From: a virus
Lineage: Duplodnaviria > Caudoviricetes
Direction: 5' to 3' (one strand)
DNA length: 48,514 bases
Virus record (IMG/VR): IMGVR_UViG_3300020235_000035
Location: 1 to 48,514 of that record
Under the pieces are notes generated by a model. That model had not been told where the DNA came from, did no database searches, and saw only the letters and a list, made by a program, of their open reading frames with translations. Below are positions 9,269-17,055 of this stretch, in pieces. Position 1 is the stretch's first letter; the number at the start of each line of letters is the position of its first letter. A program made the translations under genes and the position numbers.

Positions 9269-10935
9269 AATATATAGTATTGATTACATTAATTTGCATT
9301 TCATTATCGGGACACTCACAAACCATCAATGGAGGTAATGGGCATTCTATAATGCTATGTGAAGATAGTTTGGTTTGGGTAGTTGGATTAAACTCTATCG
9401 GACAACTAGGCAATGGTACTATAACCAATGAGTTAATTCCAATAGGTATCGGACTTACAGATATTATAGCAGTGCAGGGAGGAGCTTCACATTCTCTAGC
9501 TTTGAAATCCGATGGAACGGTATGGAGTTGGGGAAATAATACATCTGGACAATTGGGTAATAATAGTACTGATTCAAGTCTCGTCCCTATTCAAATTCCA
9601 GGGCTTAATGATATTGTTAAAATAGTGGCAGGGGCTTCTTATAATATTGCTGTTGATAATGATTCTATAGCTTGGATGTGGGGTTCTAATTTTGCGGGTC
9701 AGATAAATGGTGTAATTACAGACAAGCTTTTCCCCATACAAACCCATTCAAGTATTATTGATATAACCGCAGGAGAGGCCCACACAATTGTATTAAATAA
9801 TGATAGCACTATTTTGGTATGGAATAATGGAATTACTTCAATGAATCTTTCGGGTATATTTAAAGTATTTGCAGGATATAAGCATTTTTTTGCCTTTAAA
9901 GATGACGGTACGATTTGGGCATGGGGAGACAACCAATATGGACAACTTGGAGACGGAACAACAATAGACCAAACAACAAACACAGCAGTTCAAGTCTCAG
10001 GATTAACCAATGTAATATCTATTGCCGGAGGCCAAAGACATTCAATAGCATTAAAGTCAGACGGTACAGTTTGGACATGGGGATGGAACGGATTAGGCCA
10101 ACTAGGAAATAACACCTTTATAGATGAACTAACGCCAATACAAGTACCAGGACTTGACAGTGTAATTGAGATTTCAGCAGGGGCGCATCATTGCATAGCA
10201 AAAAGAAGTGATTCTACTATTTGGGTTTGGGGTAATAACGGATCAGGACAGCTAGGTAATGACACGGCTACAAATACTACCATTCCGGTTAAAATGATGT
10301 TGGATTGTACTCCATTTACCTGTCCTGCACCTCAAATATATTCAGGTGGTGATTTAGAGATGTGTTCAGGGGATAGTGCTATGGTATTTGGAACTTATCA
10401 ACAAACAGCTAACACCTACTATGATAGTTTGCTAACTCCAAATGGATGTGATAGTATCATTCAAGTTTCGTTAACGGTTAACTCATTGCCAACGGTTAGT
10501 TTTACGGGACTTGATAGTCTATATTGTACTAACAGCAACGCAAGTGCTTTAACAGGATTACCTTCAGGGGGTGTTTTTAGCGGCATAGGGATAGCTGGAG
10601 GGGTTTTTGATCCCTTCTTAACAGGATCGGGAAACTTCACTATAAACTACTCTTATACGGATGCAAATGGGTGTATTGATTCAGAGTCTCAGAGCGTTAT
10701 TGTTACCAATTGCACAAGTATAGAAAACTTAGGAGTTAACCGCTTTAAAATCTATCCCAATCCTTCTTCTGGGATTATTAATATTCATCCCAAATCACTG
10801 GTCTACATAAGCAATATCCTGGGGGAGATTATTTTTACCGGAGAGAGTGGGCAGATTGACTTGTCAGAATACGGAAAGGGCATTTACTTTATCAGTGTCG
10901 GGGTTACGGTCAAAAAGTTGGTACTTACCAAGTAA
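9265..10935 (+). CDS. Secreted RCC1/BLIP-II beta-propeller repeat protein with T9SS type A C-terminal sorting domain
   Basis: Signal peptide; repeated G..HS.ALKSDGTVW.WG.N..GQLG; NGCDS repeat; C-terminal IYPNPSSG...GIYFI. Confidence 0.9.
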   Translation: MKYIVLITLICISLSGHSQTINGGNGHSIMLCEDSLVWVVGLNSIGQLGNGTITNELIPIGIGLTDIIAVQGGASHSLALKSDGTVWSWGNNTSGQLGNNSTDSSLVPIQIPGLNDIVKIVAGASYNIAVDNDSIAWMWGSNFAGQINGVITDKLFPIQTHSSIIDITAGEAHTIVLNNDSTILVWNNGITSMNLSGIFKVFAGYKHFFAFKDDGTIWAWGDNQYGQLGDGTTIDQTTNTAVQVSGLTNVISIAGGQRHSIALKSDGTVWTWGWNGLGQLGNNTFIDELTPIQVPGLDSVIEISAGAHHCIAKRSDSTIWVWGNNGSGQLGNDTATNTTIPVKMMLDCTPFTCPAPQIYSGGDLEMCSGDSAMVFGTYQQTANTYYDSLLTPNGCDSIIQVSLTVNSLPTVSFTGLDSLYCTNSNASALTGLPSGGVFSGIGIAGGVFDPFLTGSGNFTINYSYTDANGCIDSESQSVIVTNCTSIENLGVNRFKIYPNPSSGIINIHPKSLVYISNILGEIIFTGESGQIDLSEYGKGIYFISVGVTVKKLVLTK

Positions 10936-11055
10936 AAAAATGTAGTATCTTTGATTAGCCTATAATTTCGGGCAAAAGAAAACCCCTTGGCAGAGGGGCT
11001 TAGTACTGTACGCTGATTAACGAATAGTAGCACTAAACTACTAAACATATTCGTT

Positions 11056-11178
11056 ATGAGAAAATCTATTATTACAATCAATACCAATATAACCGAATTA
11101 CGAGATAAGATTGATCAGGTAGTTGTTCTGATGAAAGAAATTGAGAATTTTGAGGTTAAAATCGACTTTAAGAAATAG
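11056..11178 (+). CDS. Module peptide A2 (40 aa)
   Basis: Manual translation MRKSIITINTNITELRDKIDQVVVLMKEIENFEVKIDFKK*; TATCTTTG box at 10946-10953 upstream. Confidence 0.65.
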   Translation: MRKSIITINTNITELRDKIDQVVVLMKEIENFEVKIDFKK

Positions 11179-11428
11179 CTTTATCAACTTCCTTTAAAAA
11201 GTTATCACAACAACCATCTAGCTTAATATTTATCACTTCTTTAATTAGGTTTAATGTTATCTTGAGGGTTTTGGATGGGTGTTTGGGGCATTTCATATCC
11301 TTCACTATATTATGCACTTCAGATTTTATATCGTCTAATATATCTTTCGATATTGAGTCACCCACAGCCTTAGCTACACCTCCAGGGCTAACCTTTTTAC
11401 CGTTAACTCTATATTCTATTCTAACCAT
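11168..11428 (-). CDS. Module protein B2 (86 aa, C-x2-H...CC)
   Basis: MVRIEYRV...MKCPKHPSK...DGCCDNF. Confidence 0.75.
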   Translation of the reverse strand: MVRIEYRVNGKKVSPGGVAKAVGDSISKDILDDIKSEVHNIVKDMKCPKHPSKTLKITLNLIKEVINIKLDGCCDNFLKEVDKAIS

Positions 11429-11474
11429 CCCCAAACATCGTACTATTCAGGAACACTCACTAGAGTATAAATAC

Positions 11475-12713
11475 CTATTCTACCAAGGGACTATAATCCC
11501 TATCTGTGAAGAGTTGTAATTGCCCTCCGGTCATTATTGCACTACATACAATGAAGTGGAAGATGAAGTTCTTTAATCGGTGTTTGCTCTTTACAAAATC
11601 AACTTTCTTAGAGAATTTACGGATCAAATACTGATAGATTATGTAAGTCATAGCTGAGATAATCATAAATACCGTGTTCTCGTTTAAAAAGGAGAATGGT
11701 AAATGATGCCAGTTAAAATTGTTCTTCAGGTCGTCAAAGTTCCTTTCTATCGCTCCTCTTTTGTTATAGAAGTAAATTACATCCCTGTTGCTCAGGGTTA
11801 AATTATTAGTAACGATTGCCCTGTATTCGTATGCTCCAGTAGAGCTATTAACGAATCTTGTCACTACCACTCTGTAAGAATGTTCGGGATGTTCCAACTC
11901 ACTTGCATCTATGGCTGTTACATCACATTTTCTATGTCGAATCATCATTTCTTCCCACTTAAGGGGAGAATGCTTTAATATGCCTAAAAGGTCTTGGCTC
12001 TTTCTGTATCGGATAAAAAACTTCACACCCCTATCATCCAGATAGTCCATTAATTTCGACTGGCAAGCCGCTGCATCACTTCTGAATACGTTTATCTTGA
12101 CTCCTGCGCTATCCAAGTTGTCAAAGGTTCTTTTTATCGTATCCAGTATCTTATAGGAAGCACTGGAGTTTCCATTGCGCCCCTCAATATAAACAGGCAC
12201 TTTATCAATAAAAGAAACCCCTGGCTGGTAGCCCATTGAAAAGTCATAGGCTTTGGTAGAATCATATTTTCTGGCTCTTATGATCGTATTGTCGTAGTCA
12301 AGAGTATAGGACTCCTTTTTGTTTAAAAGACCTAATTTTAAAGCGATGTTGATCATGAGCTTATTCATCGGGCTATGGATGTTGAATTGGTGGGTGCTTT
12401 TTAAGGTTTTCATAGTATCCGTCTTAGTGGCAAAAGACTTCATTACCGTACCTAGAGCATCATGAGAAGGTAGTTTCATATCAAGGGATTCTCGGAGCTT
12501 TTCTATGTCTTCAAGGCGTTCTGCACCACAGAGATTACAGTAAGTCCAGTTTAAAATAATGTCAGAATAAGAGTACTTGGCCTGCTTAACTCGCATGCCC
12601 AAGTGAGAATCTATAAGTTTGGAAAGTCCTTTTTCTTTGAGGTCGTTTATTACGAAGAAGATGCCGCCAAAAGGGGATATTTTTTTCTTTGAATTTGTTA
12701 TCTTTGTTATCAT
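11475..12713 (-). CDS. IS1380-family DDE transposase
   Basis: SPFGG, LDYDNT, GYQPGV, EGRNGN, FRSDAA, YNKRGAIERNFDDLKNNF, NTVFMI. Confidence 0.92.
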   Translation of the reverse strand: MITKITNSKKKISPFGGIFFVINDLKEKGLSKLIDSHLGMRVKQAKYSYSDIILNWTYCNLCGAERLEDIEKLRESLDMKLPSHDALGTVMKSFATKTDTMKTLKSTHQFNIHSPMNKLMINIALKLGLLNKKESYTLDYDNTIIRARKYDSTKAYDFSMGYQPGVSFIDKVPVYIEGRNGNSSASYKILDTIKRTFDNLDSAGVKINVFRSDAAACQSKLMDYLDDRGVKFFIRYRKSQDLLGILKHSPLKWEEMMIRHRKCDVTAIDASELEHPEHSYRVVVTRFVNSSTGAYEYRAIVTNNLTLSNRDVIYFYNKRGAIERNFDDLKNNFNWHHLPFSFLNENTVFMIISAMTYIIYQYLIRKFSKKVDFVKSKHRLKNFIFHFIVCSAIMTGGQLQLFTDRDYSPLVE

Positions 12714-12752
12714 AGCGTTTGGTTTATGTCTTACGGGACTGGTTGAATGTTT

Positions 12753-12784
12753 AGGCAGGTGTTACAGCATCTGCCTTTTTATTT
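12753..12784 (+). terminator. Intrinsic terminator-like hairpin in the IS1380 5' region
   Basis: AGGCAGGTG-TTACAG-CATCTGCCT followed by TTTTATTT. Confidence 0.55.
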
Positions 12785-12905
12785 ATATACGTACTATTGC
12801 TTTAGATAGTTACGTTAACAATTTGATATTCAGATACTTATGTGATTATCAGATACTTATAAATAGGAGATTTTAACATCCTAAGGAATTAGGATATATT
12901 TGGGG

Positions 12906-13169
12906 ATGATAAAAGTTGTTGTAAAGAAGATCAGAGAGCGAAAAAAGAATGATATAACCGAGAGTTTAACAGTTGATACTTTGAATTCTGGTGCTCAATT
13001 ATTCGCCGATAAGATTAAGAAACACGTTAAGGTTATGCGGTGTTTAGATTGTGTAATCACAAGATTAACTATCACCATATCTTCTGATAGAAGGGAAACT
13101 ATTACTGTTAAGAAATCTGGAGCTTGCTGCAAGAAGCTCTCAGATAGTATTGATATTACTATGAAGTAA
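12906..13169 (+). CDS. Module protein B3 (87 aa, C-x2-C...CC)
   Basis: MIKVVVKK...MRCLDCVITRLTITI...GACCKKL; ATG follows TATATTTG-GGG. Confidence 0.7.
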   Translation: MIKVVVKKIRERKKNDITESLTVDTLNSGAQLFADKIKKHVKVMRCLDCVITRLTITISSDRRETITVKKSGACCKKLSDSIDITMK

Positions 13170-13287
13170 CCTCTATTTCAAGTTCGTAATCTTCAAGTTC
13201 CTTGATTGCCTTTAGTGCCTTGTCCAGCTTTTGTCTAAGCTTGGTTGTATTGGCTGTGATAGTAATACGGGGAGTGATCCTGTTCAT
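13159..13287 (-). CDS. Module peptide A3 (42 aa)
   Basis: MNRITPRITITANTTKLRQKLDKALKAIKELEDYELEIEVTS; A-rich initiation region. Confidence 0.65.
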   Translation of the reverse strand: MNRITPRITITANTTKLRQKLDKALKAIKELEDYELEIEVTS

Positions 13288-13354
13288 GTTGTGTAGTTTT
13301 ATAGTTTCATTTATCATCTTAAAGGAATCGGTTTTTATGCAACAAACCATCCAT

Positions 13355-13372
13355 AGACTTGCGTATTTTACA
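13355..13372 (-). repeat. Right terminal inverted repeat (18 bp)
   Basis: AGACTTGCGTATTTTACA. Confidence 0.85.
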
Positions 13373-13420
13373 TTTGAACTAGATATAGCAAAAATATGTA
13401 CTTTTGTTTAAACTTCCAAA

Positions 13421-14194
13421 ATGGCAGAATTTGTATTTGGTATAGGGCCAGGATTAACGCCTCGTGTAAGTCCAAACATTGTAGTTCCTGGGATTGGAGT
13501 ACGCCTGATTAAAACAGTTGCTTTTCTTAAAGGGCAGGGAATCCCAAAAGGTGCAGAAAAAGAATTTGAAGTTATTGACCCCCTGCAAGAAGAGGCAGAT
13601 GCAATAAGTTATCTAGGCACTCCCATCTTAGACCCCTTTACATTCAAGGGTGGTAGCTTCTTTGAAGTGAATGATATAAATGCTACAAATCCTATACCAT
13701 TCCCAGATGATAAGGGTGCGGCTGGTTTAGGGTTGATTATCCCTAATATGATAATCGAGGTAAATCAAACCAAAAACATTATTACAACGCCTATTCAGGG
13801 TAGAGACGGAACGGTTAAGGAGTTTATTTCAAGAGGTGATTATTTGATTTCCTTATCAGGAATTATTACAGGTAAAATGGATGAGGAAACCGGAGAGGTG
13901 AGAGATATTGGCAATGTTTATCCAGAAGATGATGTGAATAAACTGATTACCATCTGCGAAGTGCCAGATAGTTTAAATGTAACGAGTACATTTTTGGGGA
14001 TGTTTTTAAAAGAAGACTCCAATGTAGTTATAACTGATTACAATATCCCACAACAACCAGGGGTAAGGAATTTTCAGACCTTTACTATTAATATGCTATC
14101 TGATACCCCAATCAACTTAAATGAGCTTGCACCTATCAATGTTATTGATATAACAACAAGAGTTCCTGCTGAGACAATAATCATAACGGGATGA
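13421..14194 (+). CDS. DUF6046-like tail/baseplate protein
   Basis: KNIITTPIQGRDGTVKEFISRGDY, YPEDDV, MLSD motifs. Confidence 0.8.
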   Translation: MAEFVFGIGPGLTPRVSPNIVVPGIGVRLIKTVAFLKGQGIPKGAEKEFEVIDPLQEEADAISYLGTPILDPFTFKGGSFFEVNDINATNPIPFPDDKGAAGLGLIIPNMIIEVNQTKNIITTPIQGRDGTVKEFISRGDYLISLSGIITGKMDEETGEVRDIGNVYPEDDVNKLITICEVPDSLNVTSTFLGMFLKEDSNVVITDYNIPQQPGVRNFQTFTINMLSDTPINLNELAPINVIDITTRVPAETIIITG

Positions 14195-15216
14195 AACGCC
14201 TTGTCAGTCAGATCAAAATAGGGGATTTCACCTTTGATTATGCTACCAACTTAATAATAGAAAGTAGCTGGAATACTTTCACCGACACCGCCACTATAAC
14301 GCTACCGAATAAGTTCATAAGAAACAATCAGGTAATAGTCGCCGGAACTAATAACCTCTTTAAAAGAGGGGATGTGGTAGAAATTAACATTGGTTATTTT
14401 CCCAAACTGCAAAGGAGGTTTACAGGATTTGTGAATAATTTAAGGCCCGAAAGCCCCCTGGTACTGGAGTGTGAGGATTCTATGTGGTTACTCAAGCAGA
14501 TAAATCTAGTATCCAAGCAGTTTATAGATACCACTATTGAGGAAGTAATTAATTATGCTACTGCCGGATTAGAAAATATAACAATAGAATTCGACGATAA
14601 AGACGCTAAAATAGGAAGCTTTGAAGTCGATAACAAAGGTTTTGTGAATGCGGTTACAGTATTTGAGGTATTAAAAAAGCAATTCGGATATAATATTTAC
14701 TTCCAAGATGATATTCTGCAAGTAAGAATTTTGAACTCTATTCTTTCTCTGGATAAGTTGGCTCACGTTATGGACACCCAATTTAACATCATTGATGACA
14801 ATCTTACTTTTCAAAGGGATGATGATAGGGGAATGGTGGTCAGGTTTGAATCCAAGCAAAAGGACAATTCGGTAATACTCTTATTTGGGTTTAAGGATAA
14901 CGGAGAAACCGTAATAAGCCGAACGCCAAAACAAGGGGGAATTGTAAACTCATGGAAAGTGCCTGAGTTAAGCGAAGATTTAATAAGACAGTTGATTACC
15001 AGGAACATTGATAAGTATATCTGGGAAGGCTTTGAAGGAAGTTTCACAACATTTTTAGAACCCACAATAGAGCATTCCGATAGAATAGACTATATTGACA
15101 ATAGGTTGCCTGAGAAAAACGGACGGTATCTGATAAAGACAGTAGTTACTACATTTGGCGTAGATGGAGGAGGGCAGATAGTTGAACTAAGAAACAAGGT
15201 AGGGGATGTCACGTGA
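14191..15216 (+). CDS. Baseplate hub (gpD/gp44-like)
   Basis: IESSW..FTDTA.I.LP, LECEDSM, EGSFTTF, GRYLIK.V.TTFG. Confidence 0.8.
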   Translation: MKRLVSQIKIGDFTFDYATNLIIESSWNTFTDTATITLPNKFIRNNQVIVAGTNNLFKRGDVVEINIGYFPKLQRRFTGFVNNLRPESPLVLECEDSMWLLKQINLVSKQFIDTTIEEVINYATAGLENITIEFDDKDAKIGSFEVDNKGFVNAVTVFEVLKKQFGYNIYFQDDILQVRILNSILSLDKLAHVMDTQFNIIDDNLTFQRDDDRGMVVRFESKQKDNSVILLFGFKDNGETVISRTPKQGGIVNSWKVPELSEDLIRQLITRNIDKYIWEGFEGSFTTFLEPTIEHSDRIDYIDNRLPEKNGRYLIKTVVTTFGVDGGGQIVELRNKVGDVT

Positions 15217-15742
15217 TATTAGGGAAGTATTTGAAGAGATTATTGCCAATCAAATAGATCGGGAAAACTTCTATTCCATATTAGGCAAGGCAGTTAATGT
15301 AGACGAAGACGCTAGAACGTGTGATCTTGAACCTATTGAGGCTAATGCACCCAGAGCCGGTATAAGACTACAAGCGGCAGAAAGTGGCACTACGGGTATT
15401 GTGCTAATCCCTAAGGAGGGATCATTTATAGTTGCTTCATTTTTTGATAAAACAACAGGATTCGTATCTTTAACCTCTGAGTTAGAAAAGATTCTGATTG
15501 ATACTGATTTAGTACAGTACAATGGAGGAGATAATGGAGGGTTGATTAATATAGATGATTTGGTTACTCAAATGAACAAGGCTCAAAATGATTTAAACTC
15601 ATTAAAGACAGCTATATCAGGATGGGTTCCGGTAGCGAATGATGGGGGTGCAGCACTTAAGGTAGCACTTACTAATTTTTTTGGAGCGCAACTTACCCTA
15701 ACAGTAAAAGGGGATATGGAAGATACTAAAATTACACACTAA
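15206..15742 (+). CDS. Baseplate spike-like protein
   Basis: RTCD.EP, PKEGSF, NGG.NGGL, DGGAALK, C-terminal KITH. Confidence 0.7.
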   Translation: MSRDIREVFEEIIANQIDRENFYSILGKAVNVDEDARTCDLEPIEANAPRAGIRLQAAESGTTGIVLIPKEGSFIVASFFDKTTGFVSLTSELEKILIDTDLVQYNGGDNGGLINIDDLVTQMNKAQNDLNSLKTAISGWVPVANDGGAALKVALTNFFGAQLTLTVKGDMEDTKITH

Positions 15743-16038
15743 TGGAAGATTTTTTAATAAATGGCGATATTGGAATCAAAGACGGTGATTTGGTCGTTGG
15801 TGATAGTGATGGACAGAATATTGAGTTTATCATTTCAGCTAAACCAGGGCAGTTTTATCAATTCCCTACTTTGGGTGTAGGGATAACCGATCAGATAAAC
15901 AGCAGTATTTCTAAACAAGAGTTAAGAATAAAGATCAAAAACAATCTTGAAGCAGATAATTACCGAGTAAATAGGATCGACGTAAGCGGTACTTTAGATC
16001 AGTTACTAACAAAAATTGATGCGGTTAAACTAAAATAA
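15742..16038 (+). CDS. Baseplate wedge gpW/gp25-like protein
   Basis: DGDLVVGDSD.Q, GQFYQFPTLGVGI. Confidence 0.7.
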   Translation: MEDFLINGDIGIKDGDLVVGDSDGQNIEFIISAKPGQFYQFPTLGVGITDQINSSISKQELRIKIKNNLEADNYRVNRIDVSGTLDQLLTKIDAVKLK

Positions 16039-16322
16039 TGGCTTTATCAGTATTAGAAGGTCAAAATTTGTTTGATATAACGACTCAAGAATTTGGGACG
16101 TTGGAAGAGTTGTTTGTGTTAATCAATGATAACAATTTATCAGTCAATACAAAGCTGATAAGCGGTCAACAACTTACTGTCAACAAGGTAAATATCGGTA
16201 ATGAAAACGTGAAAGATTTTGTAGTTTTGGGAAATATTACTATGAATAACGCACAAGGATTGAAGATACCGCCGTTATTGAGTGGTGACTACAATCTGGA
16301 TTACAACGGAGATTACTTCTAA
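16038..16322 (+). CDS. LysM/gpX-like tail protein
   Basis: V.EGQNLFDI..QEFG.LE......N. Confidence 0.7.
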   Translation: MALSVLEGQNLFDITTQEFGTLEELFVLINDNNLSVNTKLISGQQLTVNKVNIGNENVKDFVVLGNITMNNAQGLKIPPLLSGDYNLDYNGDYF

Positions 16323-16691
16323 ATGGCTCAAAGAACCACAGTACAGCTCAAAACCTTTAATGATGCCAATATTAATACAAACGGCATCAATGCTATTACA
16401 GGTGCGCTTCATAATGAGATGGATAACGATATTATTGATAGCATGGTCAATAAGAGTACTGATTCTCTTAGTATAGTAACCAACGTCTACCGAGCAAAAA
16501 GTGAAGCAATAACATCTGGAATAAATCAAATAACATTTTCTACCCCTCTAGCTAGTGCCGTGTATGAAGTTGGCATATTTGATAATGCAGGTATTGGTTT
16601 TGATGAACCATTTGATAAACAGACGACTGGATTTAAAATAGAAGGTTTAAGTAACGGCACTCTAATATATTTTGTAATTTTAACAAATTGA
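16323..16691 (+). CDS. Putative tail/fibre-associated protein
   Basis: NI.TNG.NAITGA.H.E motif; position in tail operon. Confidence 0.5.
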   Translation: MAQRTTVQLKTFNDANINTNGINAITGALHNEMDNDIIDSMVNKSTDSLSIVTNVYRAKSEAITSGINQITFSTPLASAVYEVGIFDNAGIGFDEPFDKQTTGFKIEGLSNGTLIYFVILTN

Positions 16692-16692
16692 C

Positions 16693-17055
16693 ATGGCACT
16701 TAAAAAAGGACTTATAAACGGAGATTTCGGACAAGATGATCAGACTTATGATCTTTCTTTAGGAGATACAACTTTGGATTTTATTGGATTAAACGGGTTT
16801 GGTAAATTATCCTTTATGTTTGATACGTCAGGATTAGATGCAGCAGATGCAACAATACAAGTAGAAAAGACAAATACTAATCCGCAGTCTAATAAATTTC
16901 TGGATATAGTAGGTGCAGTCCTTACACTAGGATCAGGAACAGACTTAAATTTCATAGAAATTAACGGGGCAAAAAATGCTAATTACCGATTAGTAATTAC
17001 TGTCAATTCAGTTACAGCAGGAACGCTTAATGTCAATTTAACAGCTAGTATATAA
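16693..17055 (+). CDS. Hypothetical virion protein (beta-rich)
   Basis: 120 aa ORF coupled in the tail operon. Confidence 0.5.
   Translation: MALKKGLINGDFGQDDQTYDLSLGDTTLDFIGLNGFGKLSFMFDTSGLDAADATIQVEKTNTNPQSNKFLDIVGAVLTLGSGTDLNFIEINGAKNANYRLVITVNSVTAGTLNVNLTASI

Larger units (their letters stand above)
11474..12893 (-). mobile_element. IS1380-family insertion sequence nested in the island (ends tentative)
   Basis: Transposase flanked by imperfect CC-starting ends CCTATTCTACCAAGG (11474+) and CCTAATTCCTTAGG (rc, to 12893); at most a 3-bp ATA duplication. Confidence 0.6.
8088..13372. mobile_element. Cargo-carrying transposon-like element with TGT...ACA ends and 6-bp TSD
   Basis: TGTAAAATACGCAAGTCT (8088-8105) is the exact reverse complement of 13355-13372; TTTGAA flanks both sides (8082-8087, 13373-13378). 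Confidence 0.8.

Noticed and set aside
12825-12860. Tandem TGAT(A/T)(T/A)TCAGATACTTAT motif
   Set aside because: Two copies inside the IS1380 end region, a motif type common in Bacteroidota mobile DNA; no independent significance evident
11474-12893. IS1380 transposase as the mobiliser of the whole island
   Set aside because: IS1380 ends are CC...GG with 4-5-bp TSDs, and separate CC-type ends flank this gene closely
8086-13374. Island as a phase-variable invertible segment (the IR can be read as 20 bp)
   Set aside because: TGT/ACA termini plus an exact flanking TTTGAA duplication fit transposition better, and no invertase is encoded; not fully excluded
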